NCBI GenBank assembly: GCA_963668315.1
Contig: OY764216.1
Coordinates: 4,800,001-4,864,000, forward strand
Reading direction: 5' to 3'
From: Spirochaetia bacterium
Lineage (GTDB): Bacteria; Spirochaetota; Spirochaetia; DSM-2461
Length of the DNA: 64,000 nt
Shown: positions 49,570 to 59,353 of the stretch, piece by piece
How the letters are laid out: each line of letters starts with the position of its first letter
Numbering within the stretch: position 1 is the first letter of the stretch
Notes under the pieces: model-generated
What the model was told of the DNA's origin: nothing
The model's database searches: none
Seen by the model: only the letters and a program-made list of their open reading frames with translations
Translations under genes and position numbers: made by a program

Positions 49570-51503
49570 TATTGCATTCTTTAGTTGAGTATTACGATAG
49601 GAAGGCGGAGCTTGGTGAGATTGCGCCCCTGGGATTTGAAGAGAAACTTATTCCTTTCATCATTAAGATTGATAGGGAGGGAAAGTTTAAGGATCTTATT
49701 GATACACGAGGGCTTGTTGGGAAAAAGCTTGTTGCAAAACCATTTTTAGTTCCCAATGCTTTATCTAGATCGGGATCAAATTCCTGGATGACAACTTTCT
49801 TGTTATGGGATCACACAGGGTTCATTTTAGGTCATGCAAAAGGAGATAGCCCCAAGGATAGAAAAAAAAGACATGATCTTTTTTTGACTCTATCCGAAGC
49901 AGAAAGCTTTGGGGAGATATCAAGCAGCCAACTCCTTGAAAAACTTTCACCAACTGCGATCGATAAGATTTTAACAACCATTAATCAGTCTGAATCAAAA
50001 ATCGGAAAAGACCTTATAAGAAACCTTACAGCACTACGCAAAGCTGTTACTGATGGAGATAAGCAGTTGGGAACTTTTATCGCCTCTTTGGATAAACTCC
50101 CCAAACCACTACAAGAGAAATCTGAAATCAGAGCTATAAAGAGATTCTATGAATCAGGAGAACATCTGAAAGTATTCCAACATGAACGATGGGCTGATTG
50201 TGCCGGAATTGCAAATGCCAATCTTACCTTTCAACTCGAAGGAGAAACGGAGATAGTGGCAAGAGATCCGGATATCGTTATTTACCAGAAGGAATTGTCT
50301 TCAATGCCCGAAACGGAGGATGAGACTCCTTCGCTCTGTCTGATTACAGGAGAAAAAGATTATATTGAGAGGATTCACAACTCGACACCTATCCGAGGAG
50401 GTCAAGCCACGGGAAAACTCGTCGGTTTTCAGACGAATTCCGGCTTTGATTCCTATGGCAGGGAGCAATCCTTTAATGCACCGATTGGAAAAATAGCTCA
50501 ATTCGCCTATTCCACCGCACTAAACACTCTTATTAAAAGCCCTAAGAATCATGTCAATATTGGAGACACGACCATTATCTTTTGGTCTGAAAAGGGCCAC
50601 TCCCTTGAAGAAGACATCCCTTTCATTCTCTCAAAATCCAAAGATGAACCAGATCGGAACGTACAAGCGGTTAAGCAGTTGTATGAGAGTATTTCCTCAG
50701 GAAAGTTTAGCACAGAAAACCAACAACGGTTTTATGTCTTAGGATTGGCTCCCAATGCCGCCCGGGTAAGCGTCAGATATTGGATAACAGGAACGGTTGA
50801 TAAGTTTGCCTACCATATCAAGCAACACTACGATGATTTGGAGATTGTCCGGGGAAAAGAGGACAGAGAATTCTTTGCGCTCAACACACTGTTGTCTCAT
50901 ACGGTACTGGACTACAAACTGGATAATATTGCTCCCAACTTAGCCGGACAGGTGACGGAAGCGATTATGAGAAATATCCCCTATCCCAAATCTCTTCAAC
51001 ACTCGACAATCCGCCGTATCAGAGCAGAGCAACATATAACCAGAGTGCGCGCCGCTATCTTGAAAGCATGCATCAATCGATTTAACAGATTTTACAATAA
51101 AACAGAGGAGGATATATCAGTGGCATTGGATGTTAACAACACGAATCCAGCCTATCGCCTGGGAAGGTTGTTCGCCGTTTTGGAAAATCTTCAAAGCAGA
51201 GCCTTGAATGTAGAAACGATACGCGAAAGGTACTATGGAGCTTTTTCCAGTACTCCGGTAACGGTGTTTCCCCAATTGATGAAATTGAGGAACCACCATT
51301 TGGCAAAGCTCGAAGGATGGCAGAAATACTACTTTGAGAAGCTAATCGGCGAGATTCTGGATGGTCTTGACGGAAGCGGCGATATACCCCGCCAGCTTAA
51401 TTTGGACGAGCAGGGACGATTTGCCATAGGCTATTATCACCAGCGACAGGATATCTTCAAATCAAAGGATAAAGAATCAGATAAGGAGGTAAAGAATGAT
51501 TAA
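49566..51503 (+). CDS. cas8c: Cas8c/Csd1
   Basis: [49 protein letters not shown]. Confidence 0.95.
   Translation: MILHSLVEYYDRKAELGEIAPLGFEEKLIPFIIKIDREGKFKDLIDTRGLVGKKLVAKPFLVPNALSRSGSNSWMTTFLLWDHTGFILGHAKGDSPKDRKKRHDLFLTLSEAESFGEISSSQLLEKLSPTAIDKILTTINQSESKIGKDLIRNLTALRKAVTDGDKQLGTFIASLDKLPKPLQEKSEIRAIKRFYESGEHLKVFQHERWADCAGIANANLTFQLEGETEIVARDPDIVIYQKELSSMPETEDETPSLCLITGEKDYIERIHNSTPIRGGQATGKLVGFQTNSGFDSYGREQSFNAPIGKIAQFAYSTALNTLIKSPKNHVNIGDTTIIFWSEKGHSLEEDIPFILSKSKDEPDRNVQAVKQLYESISSGKFSTENQQRFYVLGLAPNAARVSVRYWITGTVDKFAYHIKQHYDDLEIVRGKEDREFFALNTLLSHTVLDYKLDNIAPNLAGQVTEAIMRNIPYPKSLQHSTIRRIRAEQHITRVRAAILKACINRFNRFYNKTEEDISVALDVNNTNPAYRLGRLFAVLENLQSRALNVETIRERYYGAFSSTPVTVFPQLMKLRNHHLAKLEGWQKYYFEKLIGEILDGLDGSGDIPRQLNLDEQGRFAIGYYHQRQDIFKSKDKESDKEVKND
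51120..51503 (+). CDS. cas11: Cas11 small subunit from an internal in-frame start in cas8c
   Basis: GAGGAGG SD 8 nt before an in-frame GTG; internal Cas11 translation is established for type I-C. Confidence 0.7.
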   Translation: MALDVNNTNPAYRLGRLFAVLENLQSRALNVETIRERYYGAFSSTPVTVFPQLMKLRNHHLAKLEGWQKYYFEKLIGEILDGLDGSGDIPRQLNLDEQGRFAIGYYHQRQDIFKSKDKESDKEVKND

Positions 51504-52404
51504 GAATAGGTACGATTTTATTATGTTTTTTGATGTTCAGGACGGCAATCCCAACGGTGATCCGGATGCGGGCAACTTGCCCCGCATTGATGCGGAAACC
51601 GGAAAAGGGCTGGTCACAGACGTATGCCTGAAACGAAAAGTAAGAAACTATGTCCAGCTATCCAAAGCTGAATCTCAAGGTTACCGCATTTTCGTAAAGG
51701 AAAAAGCGATTCTGAATGATCTCATTGAGAAAAAATACGATGAAATCGGTATAGATTTAAGCGCAACCCCTAAAAACTCTGAAGACGGGAAAAAGAGGAA
51801 TAAGGACGGCAAGGCCCAGGGAGGTGAAGTGGAACAAGGAAGACAAGCCATGTGTTCCGACTTCTTTGACATTCGTGCGTTTGGTGCTGTTATGAGTACC
51901 GGACCCAATGCTGGTCAAGTTCGCGGTCCCATACAGATAACCTTTGGCCGTTCCGTTGATCCTATTGTCACTCTTGAGCACAGCATTACCCGTATGGCCG
52001 TTGCCACAAAGGAGGAGGCGGAAAAACAGAGCGGAGACAATCGCACCATGGGGAGGAAATTCACCGTGCCCTATGGCTTGTATAGAGCCCATGGATTTAT
52101 CTCAGCCAATCTAGCGGAGCAGACAGGATTTTCCGATGACGATTTGAATCTCTTCTGGGAAGCCCTTCAGGGAATGTTTGATCATGATCATTCGGCAGCG
52201 CGCGGCTTGATGGCTATGCGAAAAGTCATAATATTCAAACATGATTCTCCCCTGGGTAACGCATCGGCCCATAAACTCTTCGAATTGATCCCCAATCCTG
52301 ATCTTATAGATGAGAAGATGCCGCCTAGAGCCTTTTCTGATTATGAGGAGATAACCATACCCGGTTCATTACCGGAAAATGTAACGATGACAGTTCTTGA
52401 ATAA
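51496..52404 (+). CDS. cas7c: Cas7c/Csd2
   Basis: [39 protein letters not shown]. Confidence 0.97.
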   Translation: MIKNRYDFIMFFDVQDGNPNGDPDAGNLPRIDAETGKGLVTDVCLKRKVRNYVQLSKAESQGYRIFVKEKAILNDLIEKKYDEIGIDLSATPKNSEDGKKRNKDGKAQGGEVEQGRQAMCSDFFDIRAFGAVMSTGPNAGQVRGPIQITFGRSVDPIVTLEHSITRMAVATKEEAEKQSGDNRTMGRKFTVPYGLYRAHGFISANLAEQTGFSDDDLNLFWEALQGMFDHDHSAARGLMAMRKVIIFKHDSPLGNASAHKLFELIPNPDLIDEKMPPRAFSDYEEITIPGSLPENVTMTVLE

Positions 52405-52420
52405 AGCGAAAGGAACTCCT

Positions 52421-52795
52421 ATGTCCGATCAAATAGCTATATTTCAAGGAAAGCAAATCAGAAAAATCATCTACCAGAACGAATGGTGGTTTTCAGTTTT
52501 CGATATAAGCGCCATTCTTACAGAAAGTAAGAATCCCTGGGCTTATTGGAGAAAATTGAAACAAATACTCATTGCTAAAGGTAGTGAACCGGTGACAATT
52601 TGTCACCGGTTGAAATTGCTTGCATCGGATGAGAAGCAAAAAACAATAGACTATGCCAATATGGAGGGAACATTTCGTATCATCCAACCAATATCCTTAC
52701 CAAAGGCCAAACCGTTTAAGCGACGGCTGGCCAAGGTAAGGTATGATTGGATCAAAGAAATCCCTAAAGAAGTACAAAGAAAGCAACTGGAGTGA
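52421..52795 (+). CDS. Bro-N-like DNA-binding protein, short and possibly degenerate
   Basis: IAIFQGKQIRK....EWWFSV.DI..ILT....AYWRKLK...PKAKPFK. Confidence 0.65.
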   Translation: MSDQIAIFQGKQIRKIIYQNEWWFSVFDISAILTESKNPWAYWRKLKQILIAKGSEPVTICHRLKLLASDEKQKTIDYANMEGTFRIIQPISLPKAKPFKRRLAKVRYDWIKEIPKEVQRKQLE

Positions 52796-52798
52796 AAT

Positions 52799-53437
52799 AT
52801 GCCCTATTCAGAATCAGACTGCTACATGTTATCAGCATTACAACATTATGCTTTCTGTCCCAGACAGTGCGCTTTAATCCATAAAGAGCAAATTTGGACT
52901 GACAATTACCTTACGACTAAGGGTGATCTATTTCACGAACGGGTTGATTTCTATAAAAGAGAATCCAGAAAGGATTTTCACAGAGAATTCTCTCTTCCTA
53001 TCCGATCTTTGATTTTAGGACTTTCTGGCAGAACCGATATTGTAGAGATCTACTATCTGAATGGAAAAATCAGACAGGTGATACCTATAGAGTATAAATC
53101 GGGAAAGAAAAAAATTGACACCCTTGATGAAGTGCAACTATGCGCCCAGGCAATTTGTCTGGAAGAGATGATGAAAGTGAAGATTGCTAATGGATATCTC
53201 TATTATGGGAAAGATAAGAGAAGACATGAAGTACAACTTACTGCTGAACTTAGGGATGAAACGTCCGATCTGGCAAGTCAGCTTCATAGCATGATGTCCC
53301 GGGATTCATTACCTTCTCCTGTATTTGATAAAAGGTGCAAAGCCTGTTCTCTCTACGACTACTGTCAACCGGAAATTATTGCAAAAAGATCAATAAGCAG
53401 GTATATGAAAAAAGCTTTGACCGATGAGGATATATGA
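52799..53437 (+). CDS. cas4: Cas4
   Basis: LQHYAFCPRQ, D..EYK, QLCAQ, C-terminal CKACSL..YC. Confidence 0.95.
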   Translation: MPYSESDCYMLSALQHYAFCPRQCALIHKEQIWTDNYLTTKGDLFHERVDFYKRESRKDFHREFSLPIRSLILGLSGRTDIVEIYYLNGKIRQVIPIEYKSGKKKIDTLDEVQLCAQAICLEEMMKVKIANGYLYYGKDKRRHEVQLTAELRDETSDLASQLHSMMSRDSLPSPVFDKRCKACSLYDYCQPEIIAKRSISRYMKKALTDEDI

Positions 53438-54465
53438 AGAAAATATTCAATACTCTCTTTATTACAACCCAGGGGACTTACTTATCAAAAGAAAGAGAAA
53501 CTGTTGCTGTTCATCTTGAAGATGATAAAACAATCCGGTTCCCCTTTCATAACCTAGATGGAATTGTCTGTTTTGGTAATATCAGATTAAGTCCATGGTT
53601 AATTGGCGCCTGCGGAGAAAAAGGTATTACCGTCAGCTTCTTAAATGAAAACGGAAAGTATCTGGGACGCTTCATAGGGACCGTTTCAGGCAATGTTCTA
53701 CTTAGACGTCAGCAATACAGAGTTGCCGACACCGATTCACAAAGATCAAAGATCGCGGCAAACATGGTTATTGGAAAGATAGCCAATACCCGGACTTGCC
53801 TTGAACGATTTTCCAGGGACCATCCGGATAACCCGGGTTATGAACATGTGAAAGAGGTTTCCAGAAAGCTTAAAAAAATTATTGTTCGACTGGAAAAAAG
53901 TGACTCAGTCGATTCGATAAGAGGCATGGAGGGAGAAGCGGGGGCACTCTACTTCTCAATATTCGATCATTTGATTTTGAAGCAGAAAGAAGGATTTCAA
54001 TTTTCAGGACGGAACCGAAGGCCACCTCTCGATTCAATCAATGCCTTGTTATCATTCATCTATACTCTACTCCATCATGACCTAACATCGGCCTGTGAAG
54101 CAACAGGCCTTGATCCGGCCGTTGGTTTGCTTCATGTAGATCGTCCGGGAAGAAACAGTCTAGCCCTGGATCTCATGGAGGAATTCAGAAGCTTTATGGC
54201 AGATAGGTTAGCCCTTTCTCTTATCAATCGCCAACAGATCACTCCAGATGATTTCCAAAAACATGCCAGTGGAGCCATCTATATAAATGACAAAGCAAAG
54301 AAAGTAGTTATTGATGCCTGGCAAAGCAGAAAAAAAGAAACATTGCAACATCCGTTCATTGGTGAGAAAACGACGATAGGAGCCTTGTTCTTCTATCAAG
54401 CACTTCTACTTTGCCGCCATTTACGAGGGGATCTCGAAGCCTACCCACCCTTTCTTTGGAGGTAA
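53434..54465 (+). CDS. cas1: Cas1
   Basis: GNVLLRRQQY, RGMEG, RNRRPP.D..NALLS, LALDLMEEFR. Confidence 0.97.
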   Translation: MKKIFNTLFITTQGTYLSKERETVAVHLEDDKTIRFPFHNLDGIVCFGNIRLSPWLIGACGEKGITVSFLNENGKYLGRFIGTVSGNVLLRRQQYRVADTDSQRSKIAANMVIGKIANTRTCLERFSRDHPDNPGYEHVKEVSRKLKKIIVRLEKSDSVDSIRGMEGEAGALYFSIFDHLILKQKEGFQFSGRNRRPPLDSINALLSFIYTLLHHDLTSACEATGLDPAVGLLHVDRPGRNSLALDLMEEFRSFMADRLALSLINRQQITPDDFQKHASGAIYINDKAKKVVIDAWQSRKKETLQHPFIGEKTTIGALFFYQALLLCRHLRGDLEAYPPFLWR

Positions 54466-54466
54466 T

Positions 54467-54757
54467 ATGCTTGTATTGGTAAGTTATGATGTCTCAACAG
54501 AGGCACAAGATGGGAAGAGACGACTGAGACATATTGCAAAAATCTGTGAAGATTACGGCCAACGCGTTCAATATTCCGTTTTCGAATGTCTGGTTGATCC
54601 ATCACAGTGGGCACAACTGAAGCGCAAACTTGAAAAAAAGATTAATCCCAAAACAGATAGTCTCCGCTTTTACAAGCTGGGTTCCAATTGGAAGAATCGT
54701 GTTGAACACATAGGCGCAAAACCCTCATATGACCCGGAGGGATCATTGATTCTTTAA
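54467..54757 (+). CDS. cas2: Cas2
   Basis: LVSYDV, GQRVQYSVFEC, DSLRFY. Confidence 0.97.
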   Translation: MLVLVSYDVSTEAQDGKRRLRHIAKICEDYGQRVQYSVFECLVDPSQWAQLKRKLEKKINPKTDSLRFYKLGSNWKNRVEHIGAKPSYDPEGSLIL

Positions 54758-54932
54758 TTGCGAACCTTTGATAAGCAGAACTAGCCAAAGCATTCGCACT
54801 ATTTTTATTCTTTTTCTAAAAATAACTTAGTATGTATGATCTTTGAAAAATAAGAGAAGGATTTAGATTCTACCCCGGTTCGCGAAATTGTATACATAAA
54901 TCGTTTGAGATATATTGTTTATTGCAAAAGCA
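54758..54932 (+). promoter_or_regulatory. CRISPR leader
   Basis: AT-rich; GCGAAC (54760), TTCGC (54793) and GGTTCGCGAA (54877) motifs typical of I-C leaders. Confidence 0.75.
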
Positions 54933-57900
54933 GTCGCTCCCCTCGCGGGGGCGTGGATTGAAACATGACCTGGCTTTAGGGCTGGCGGGAGTTGAACCGT
55001 CGCTCCCCTCGCGGGGGCGTGGATTGAAACTCTTTCTCCTCGATCCGTCCCACAAGGTCACCTTGTCGCTCCCCTCGCGGGGGCGTGGATTGAAACAATG
55101 CATGAAGAGATCAGAAATACTTTTAGTAGGTCGCTCCCCTCGCGGGGGCGTGGATTGAAACTCTTCACCGGAATTTGCAGCAACCCCTGGGAACGTCGCT
55201 CCCCTCGCGGGGGCGTGGATTGAAACGCATCTCTTGGCTGTAGAAGAGAGTTTGCCAAATGTCGCTCCCCTCGCGGGGGCGTGGATTGAAACTCGGACAT
55301 AGAACAGTTTGTGCAGTCGAGATTGAGTCGCTCCCCTCGCGGGGGCGTGGATTGAAACAAATCCTACCATGTCTTTTAAGTGCATCGTAAGAGTCGCTCC
55401 CCTCGCGGGGGCGTGGATTGAAACATGTTTTCGACATTATCCATATCGAATTTAAAACCGTCGCTCCCCTCGCGGGGGCGTGGATTGAAACCGTTGAATT
55501 ATCAGACCTTACTGGAAATCAACATGTCGCTCCCCTCGCGGGGGCGTGGATTGAAACCTCATGGTGGTATGATACTGCCGATTATATTCTGTGTCGCTCC
55601 CCTCGCGGGGGCGTGGATTGAAACTGCCATAAAGGATTTTTTCTCCGGGAAAGAATCGTGTCGCTCCCCTCGCGGGGGCGTGGATTGAAACTCAATCCTG
55701 GTCACTTTATCAAGCCAGTTTTCCAGGTCGCTCCCCTCGCGGGGGCGTGGATTGAAACCTACCGTTGATAAAAGATTAGAGTTCTGCACCGTGTCGCTCC
55801 CCTCGCGGGGGCGTGGATTGAAACTCTTAACATTAGCCGTCACCGTCACCGTCACCGGGTCGCTCCCCTCGCGGGGGCGTGGATTGAAACGATCAACTAG
55901 ATCATATGGATTGGGAAGATATAAAGTCGCTCCCCTCGCGGGGGCGTGGATTGAAACTCTTCGACGCTCGCGAGGTTGCCCTCGGTTTTGAGGTCGCTCC
56001 CCTCGCGGGGGCGTGGATTGAAACAATTGGGGCGAGAAGTAACGTTGACGCGCTAAATGTCGCTCCCCTCGCGGGGGCGTGGATTGAAACTTTTAAGCCG
56101 TCAGACAATGCGTCTTGCTCTACTGTCGCTCCCCTCGCGGGGGCGTGGATTGAAACACTGACGTCTAGGGAAAGAGAGAACCAATTCTCCGTCGCTCCCC
56201 TCGCGGGGGCGTGGATTGAAACAGATACGACAGAAGAACGTCGAGCGCGGCAAGGCCGTCGCTCCCCTCGCGGGGGCGTGGATTGAAACTCGCCGTACCG
56301 GTCAAGGTAAGCCTGAAGAACGGCGTCGCTCCCCTCGCGGGGGCGTGGATTGAAACTCATAACATAATAAGATAAAACATAATCATATTAAGTCGCTCCC
56401 CTCGCGGGGGCGTGGATTGAAACTGAACAGTGCCTATTGCATTTATGAGGGTAAAAAGTCGCTCCCCTCGCGGGGGCGTGGATTGAAACCGAACGTCGTC
56501 GGTCTTTACTGTCAGACCAGAGAGTCGCTCCCCTCGCGGGGGCGTGGATTGAAACCACCACCACCAACATCCTCCACTGTCCATGAGCCGTCGCTCCCCT
56601 CGCGGGGGCGTGGATTGAAACTTACGCGCTCCGGGTCGCCTCCGTAATATCCAAGGTCGCTCCCCTCGCGGGGGCGTGGATTGAAACAAATCCTACCATG
56701 TCTTTTAAGTGCATCGTAAGAGTCGCTCCCCTCGCGGGGGCGTGGATTGAAACAAAAAATTCAGGGGTGACCTTTACCTTATCCTCGTCGCTCCCCTCGC
56801 GGGGGCGTGGATTGAAACTCATAATCATAATCTTTTCCCAATGCGAGAATTTGTCGCTCCCCTCGCGGGGGCGTGGATTGAAACCGAAAACCCGGATCGG
56901 AAATATGGATCACTTTCAAGTCGCTCCCCTCGCGGGGGCGTGGATTGAAACTTGGAGGGGGCGGGCCATCAATACCGACTTTAAAGTCGCTCCCCTCGCG
57001 GGGGCGTGGATTGAAACCCGAGGTTGAGGATATGCAAATTTATGGTGTAGGTCGCTCCCCTCGCGGGGGCGTGGATTGAAACTTGGAATAGCAAGTCCAG
57101 CATGCATATCCAACACGTCGCTCCCCTCGCGGGGGCGTGGATTGAAACTGGTCTGTGTGCAAGCATTAAATATAGGCCAACGTCGCTCCCCTCGCGGGGG
57201 CGTGGATTGAAACGTCAAGAGAGAATCAAACTCTACTTGCTTGTATAGTCGCTCCCCTCGCGGGGGCGTGGATTGAAACATTATCAAATCCGTAGCCACT
57301 GTCGGAATTGGCACGTCGCTCCCCTCGCGGGGGCGTGGATTGAAACTCGTCTATGGCACCGCCACGGGCAAGCGTATCAAGTCGCTCCCCTCGCGGGGGC
57401 GTGGATTGAAACAACCCTATTCTGGCCCATAAACCAAATTTTAAGAGTCGCTCCCCTCGCGGGGGCGTGGATTGAAACTCTGGGCCGTGAATAATGGGTA
57501 TGGGACGGTTTCGGGTCGCTCCCCTCGCGGGGGCGTGGATTGAAACTTGGAATAGCAAGTCCAGCATGCATATCCAACACGTCGCTCCCCTCGCGGGGGC
57601 GTGGATTGAAACAGGGATAGGCACACGGGCTATCCCGACGAACGGGGTCGCTCCCCTCGCGGGGGCGTGGATTGAAACGGTTTTTCGGTTGTGTTTTTCC
57701 ATCCACAAACTGGTCGCTCCCCTCGCGGGGGCGTGGATTGAAACTATATGCACCTTAGTGCCTCCTTTGTCCCCTTCCGTCGCTCCCCTCGCGGGGGCGT
57801 GGATTGAAACTGACAGTGTTATTGTCCCAGACGCCTTACGGGATGGTCGCTCCCCTCGCGGGGGCGTGGATTGAAACTCTATGGTCCTTAATGCTCCCAT

Positions 57901-58940
57901 TCCGAGGAGAGGTCGCTCCCCTCGCGGGGGCGTGGATTGAAACTTGACATAGATGTTGACACAAAATCCTGTGAAAAGTCGCTCCCCTCGCGGGGGCGTG
58001 GATTGAAACAAAGTGGTCACGGTGATATTAAATGTCACCTCAGGTCGCTCCCCTCGCGGGGGCGTGGATTGAAACATCAGCCTGGTTTCGTCGGAAAGAT
58101 TCCAAAACAGTCGCTCCCCTCGCGGGGGCGTGGATTGAAACCTCTTAGCCTAGTGCCTCTTTATCTAGAGCATTGATGTCGCTCCCCTCGCGGGGGCGTG
58201 GATTGAAACTCACTCATCGTCTTATCCTCCATAACTCAACACCGTCGCTCCCCTCGCGGGGGCGTGGATTGAAACAATGGACTGGTTGAAACGGGTAGGG
58301 AAAGGTCTTGTCGCTCCCCTCGCGGGGGCGTGGATTGAAACACGATGCAGACAAAACAGAATATGAAAATTGAGAGTCGCTCCCCTCGCGGGGGCGTGGA
58401 TTGAAACGCTATCGCCTTTCCGTCGAGAGTAAGTGTAACGTGTCGCTCCCCTCGCGGGGGCGTGGATTGAAACGTATCATCTTTTGTCACAACTTTGCTA
58501 GCTAACGTGTCGCTCCCCTCGCGGGGGCGTGGATTGAAACTCTGATAAATACACTTTATCTTGCTATCCTGTAGGTCGCTCCCCTCGCGGGGGCGTGGAT
58601 TGAAACCTCTTAGCCTAGTGCCTCTTTATCTAGAGCATTGATGTCGCTCCCCTCGCGGGGGCGTGGATTGAAACACGATGCAGACAAAACAGAATATGAA
58701 AATTGAGAGTCGCTCCCCTCGCGGGGGCGTGGATTGAAACTATTTGAGATTTTTCCAGAATGGCGTAATTATGAGTCGCTCCCCTCGCGGGGGCGTGGAT
58801 TGAAACTTATTGTGAGAGTTAGAACCGCTCCCGCGCTATGTCGCTCCCCTCGCGGGGGCGTGGATTGAAACAACCGTTGATGTTACTCTGGAAAACGAGT
58901 CCCTGAAAGTCGCTCCCCTCGCGGGGGCGTGGAATGCTTT
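54933..58940 (+). CRISPR. Type I-C CRISPR array: 61 repeats (last degenerate) and 60 spacers of 33-37 bp
   Basis: 32-bp repeat GTCGCTCCCCTCGCGGGGGCGTGGATTGAAAC, counted by eye; terminal copy ends GGAATGCTTT. Confidence 0.98.
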
Positions 58941-59098
58941 CTCTCTTTTCAGTAAGTACTCCCATATTCACCAAGTAATAGTAAGAAGATATTATCGTTT
59001 TTTACTTGTACTACTGTCCTATGAAATGTGTAGTAAAACCCCTGAATCAATAAGAATAAAGCTGAATAAGAATAATGAAAATAGACAATTTTCAACCA

Positions 59099-59127
59099 TT
59101 GACAACTGATACTTTACTTGCTATCCT
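59099..59127 (+). promoter_or_regulatory. Promoter in the right arm of element 1, facing the att site
   Basis: TTGACA-N17-TATCCT with an extended -10 TG. Confidence 0.5.
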
Positions 59128-59178
59128 ATAACAAATTAAAAGCACATATGACATCAAATGATAAATAAACGGTTATGC

Positions 59179-59223
59179 GCTCATAACCCGAAGGCCGGAG
59201 GTTCGAGTCCTTCCCCTGCTAAA
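59179..59223 (+). repeat. att core, copy 2 (junction of elements 1 and 2)
   Basis: Identical to 39214-39258; the 5' half of the tRNA is absent. Confidence 0.95.
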
Positions 59224-59230
59224 GCATGAC

Positions 59231-59253
59231 AATTCTTTCTGTTAGAAAGAATT
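59231..59253. terminator. Hairpin after the att core
   Basis: AATTCTTTCT-GTT-AGAAAGAATT perfect inverted repeat. Confidence 0.45.
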
Positions 59254-59353
59254 AGAAGTAACAACAGGTATAAACTACCGGAAGACCGGCGTTTCTATCA
59301 AAATCCAGTGACACCAAGAATGACACCAAAATCATTCTTGTACAGGAGATGAT

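Larger units (their letters stand above)
39214..59223. mobile_element. Integrative element 1 (satellite-like island carrying type I-C CRISPR-Cas)
   Basis: Exact 45-bp direct repeats at both ends; integrase next to the tRNA; AT-richer than the flanking host DNA. Confidence 0.9.

Noticed and set aside
54870..58490. Many ORFs across the CRISPR array
   Set aside because: They are translations of the repeats (VSIHAPARGAT, FQSTPPRGER), not genes.
54933..58940. Spacers targeting element 2 or host genes in this window
   Set aside because: No full-length match was found by eye. The check was not exhaustive, and element 2 extends beyond the window.
59179..59223. Second tRNA-Met gene
   Set aside because: Only the anticodon loop to the 3' end is present; it is an att duplication.
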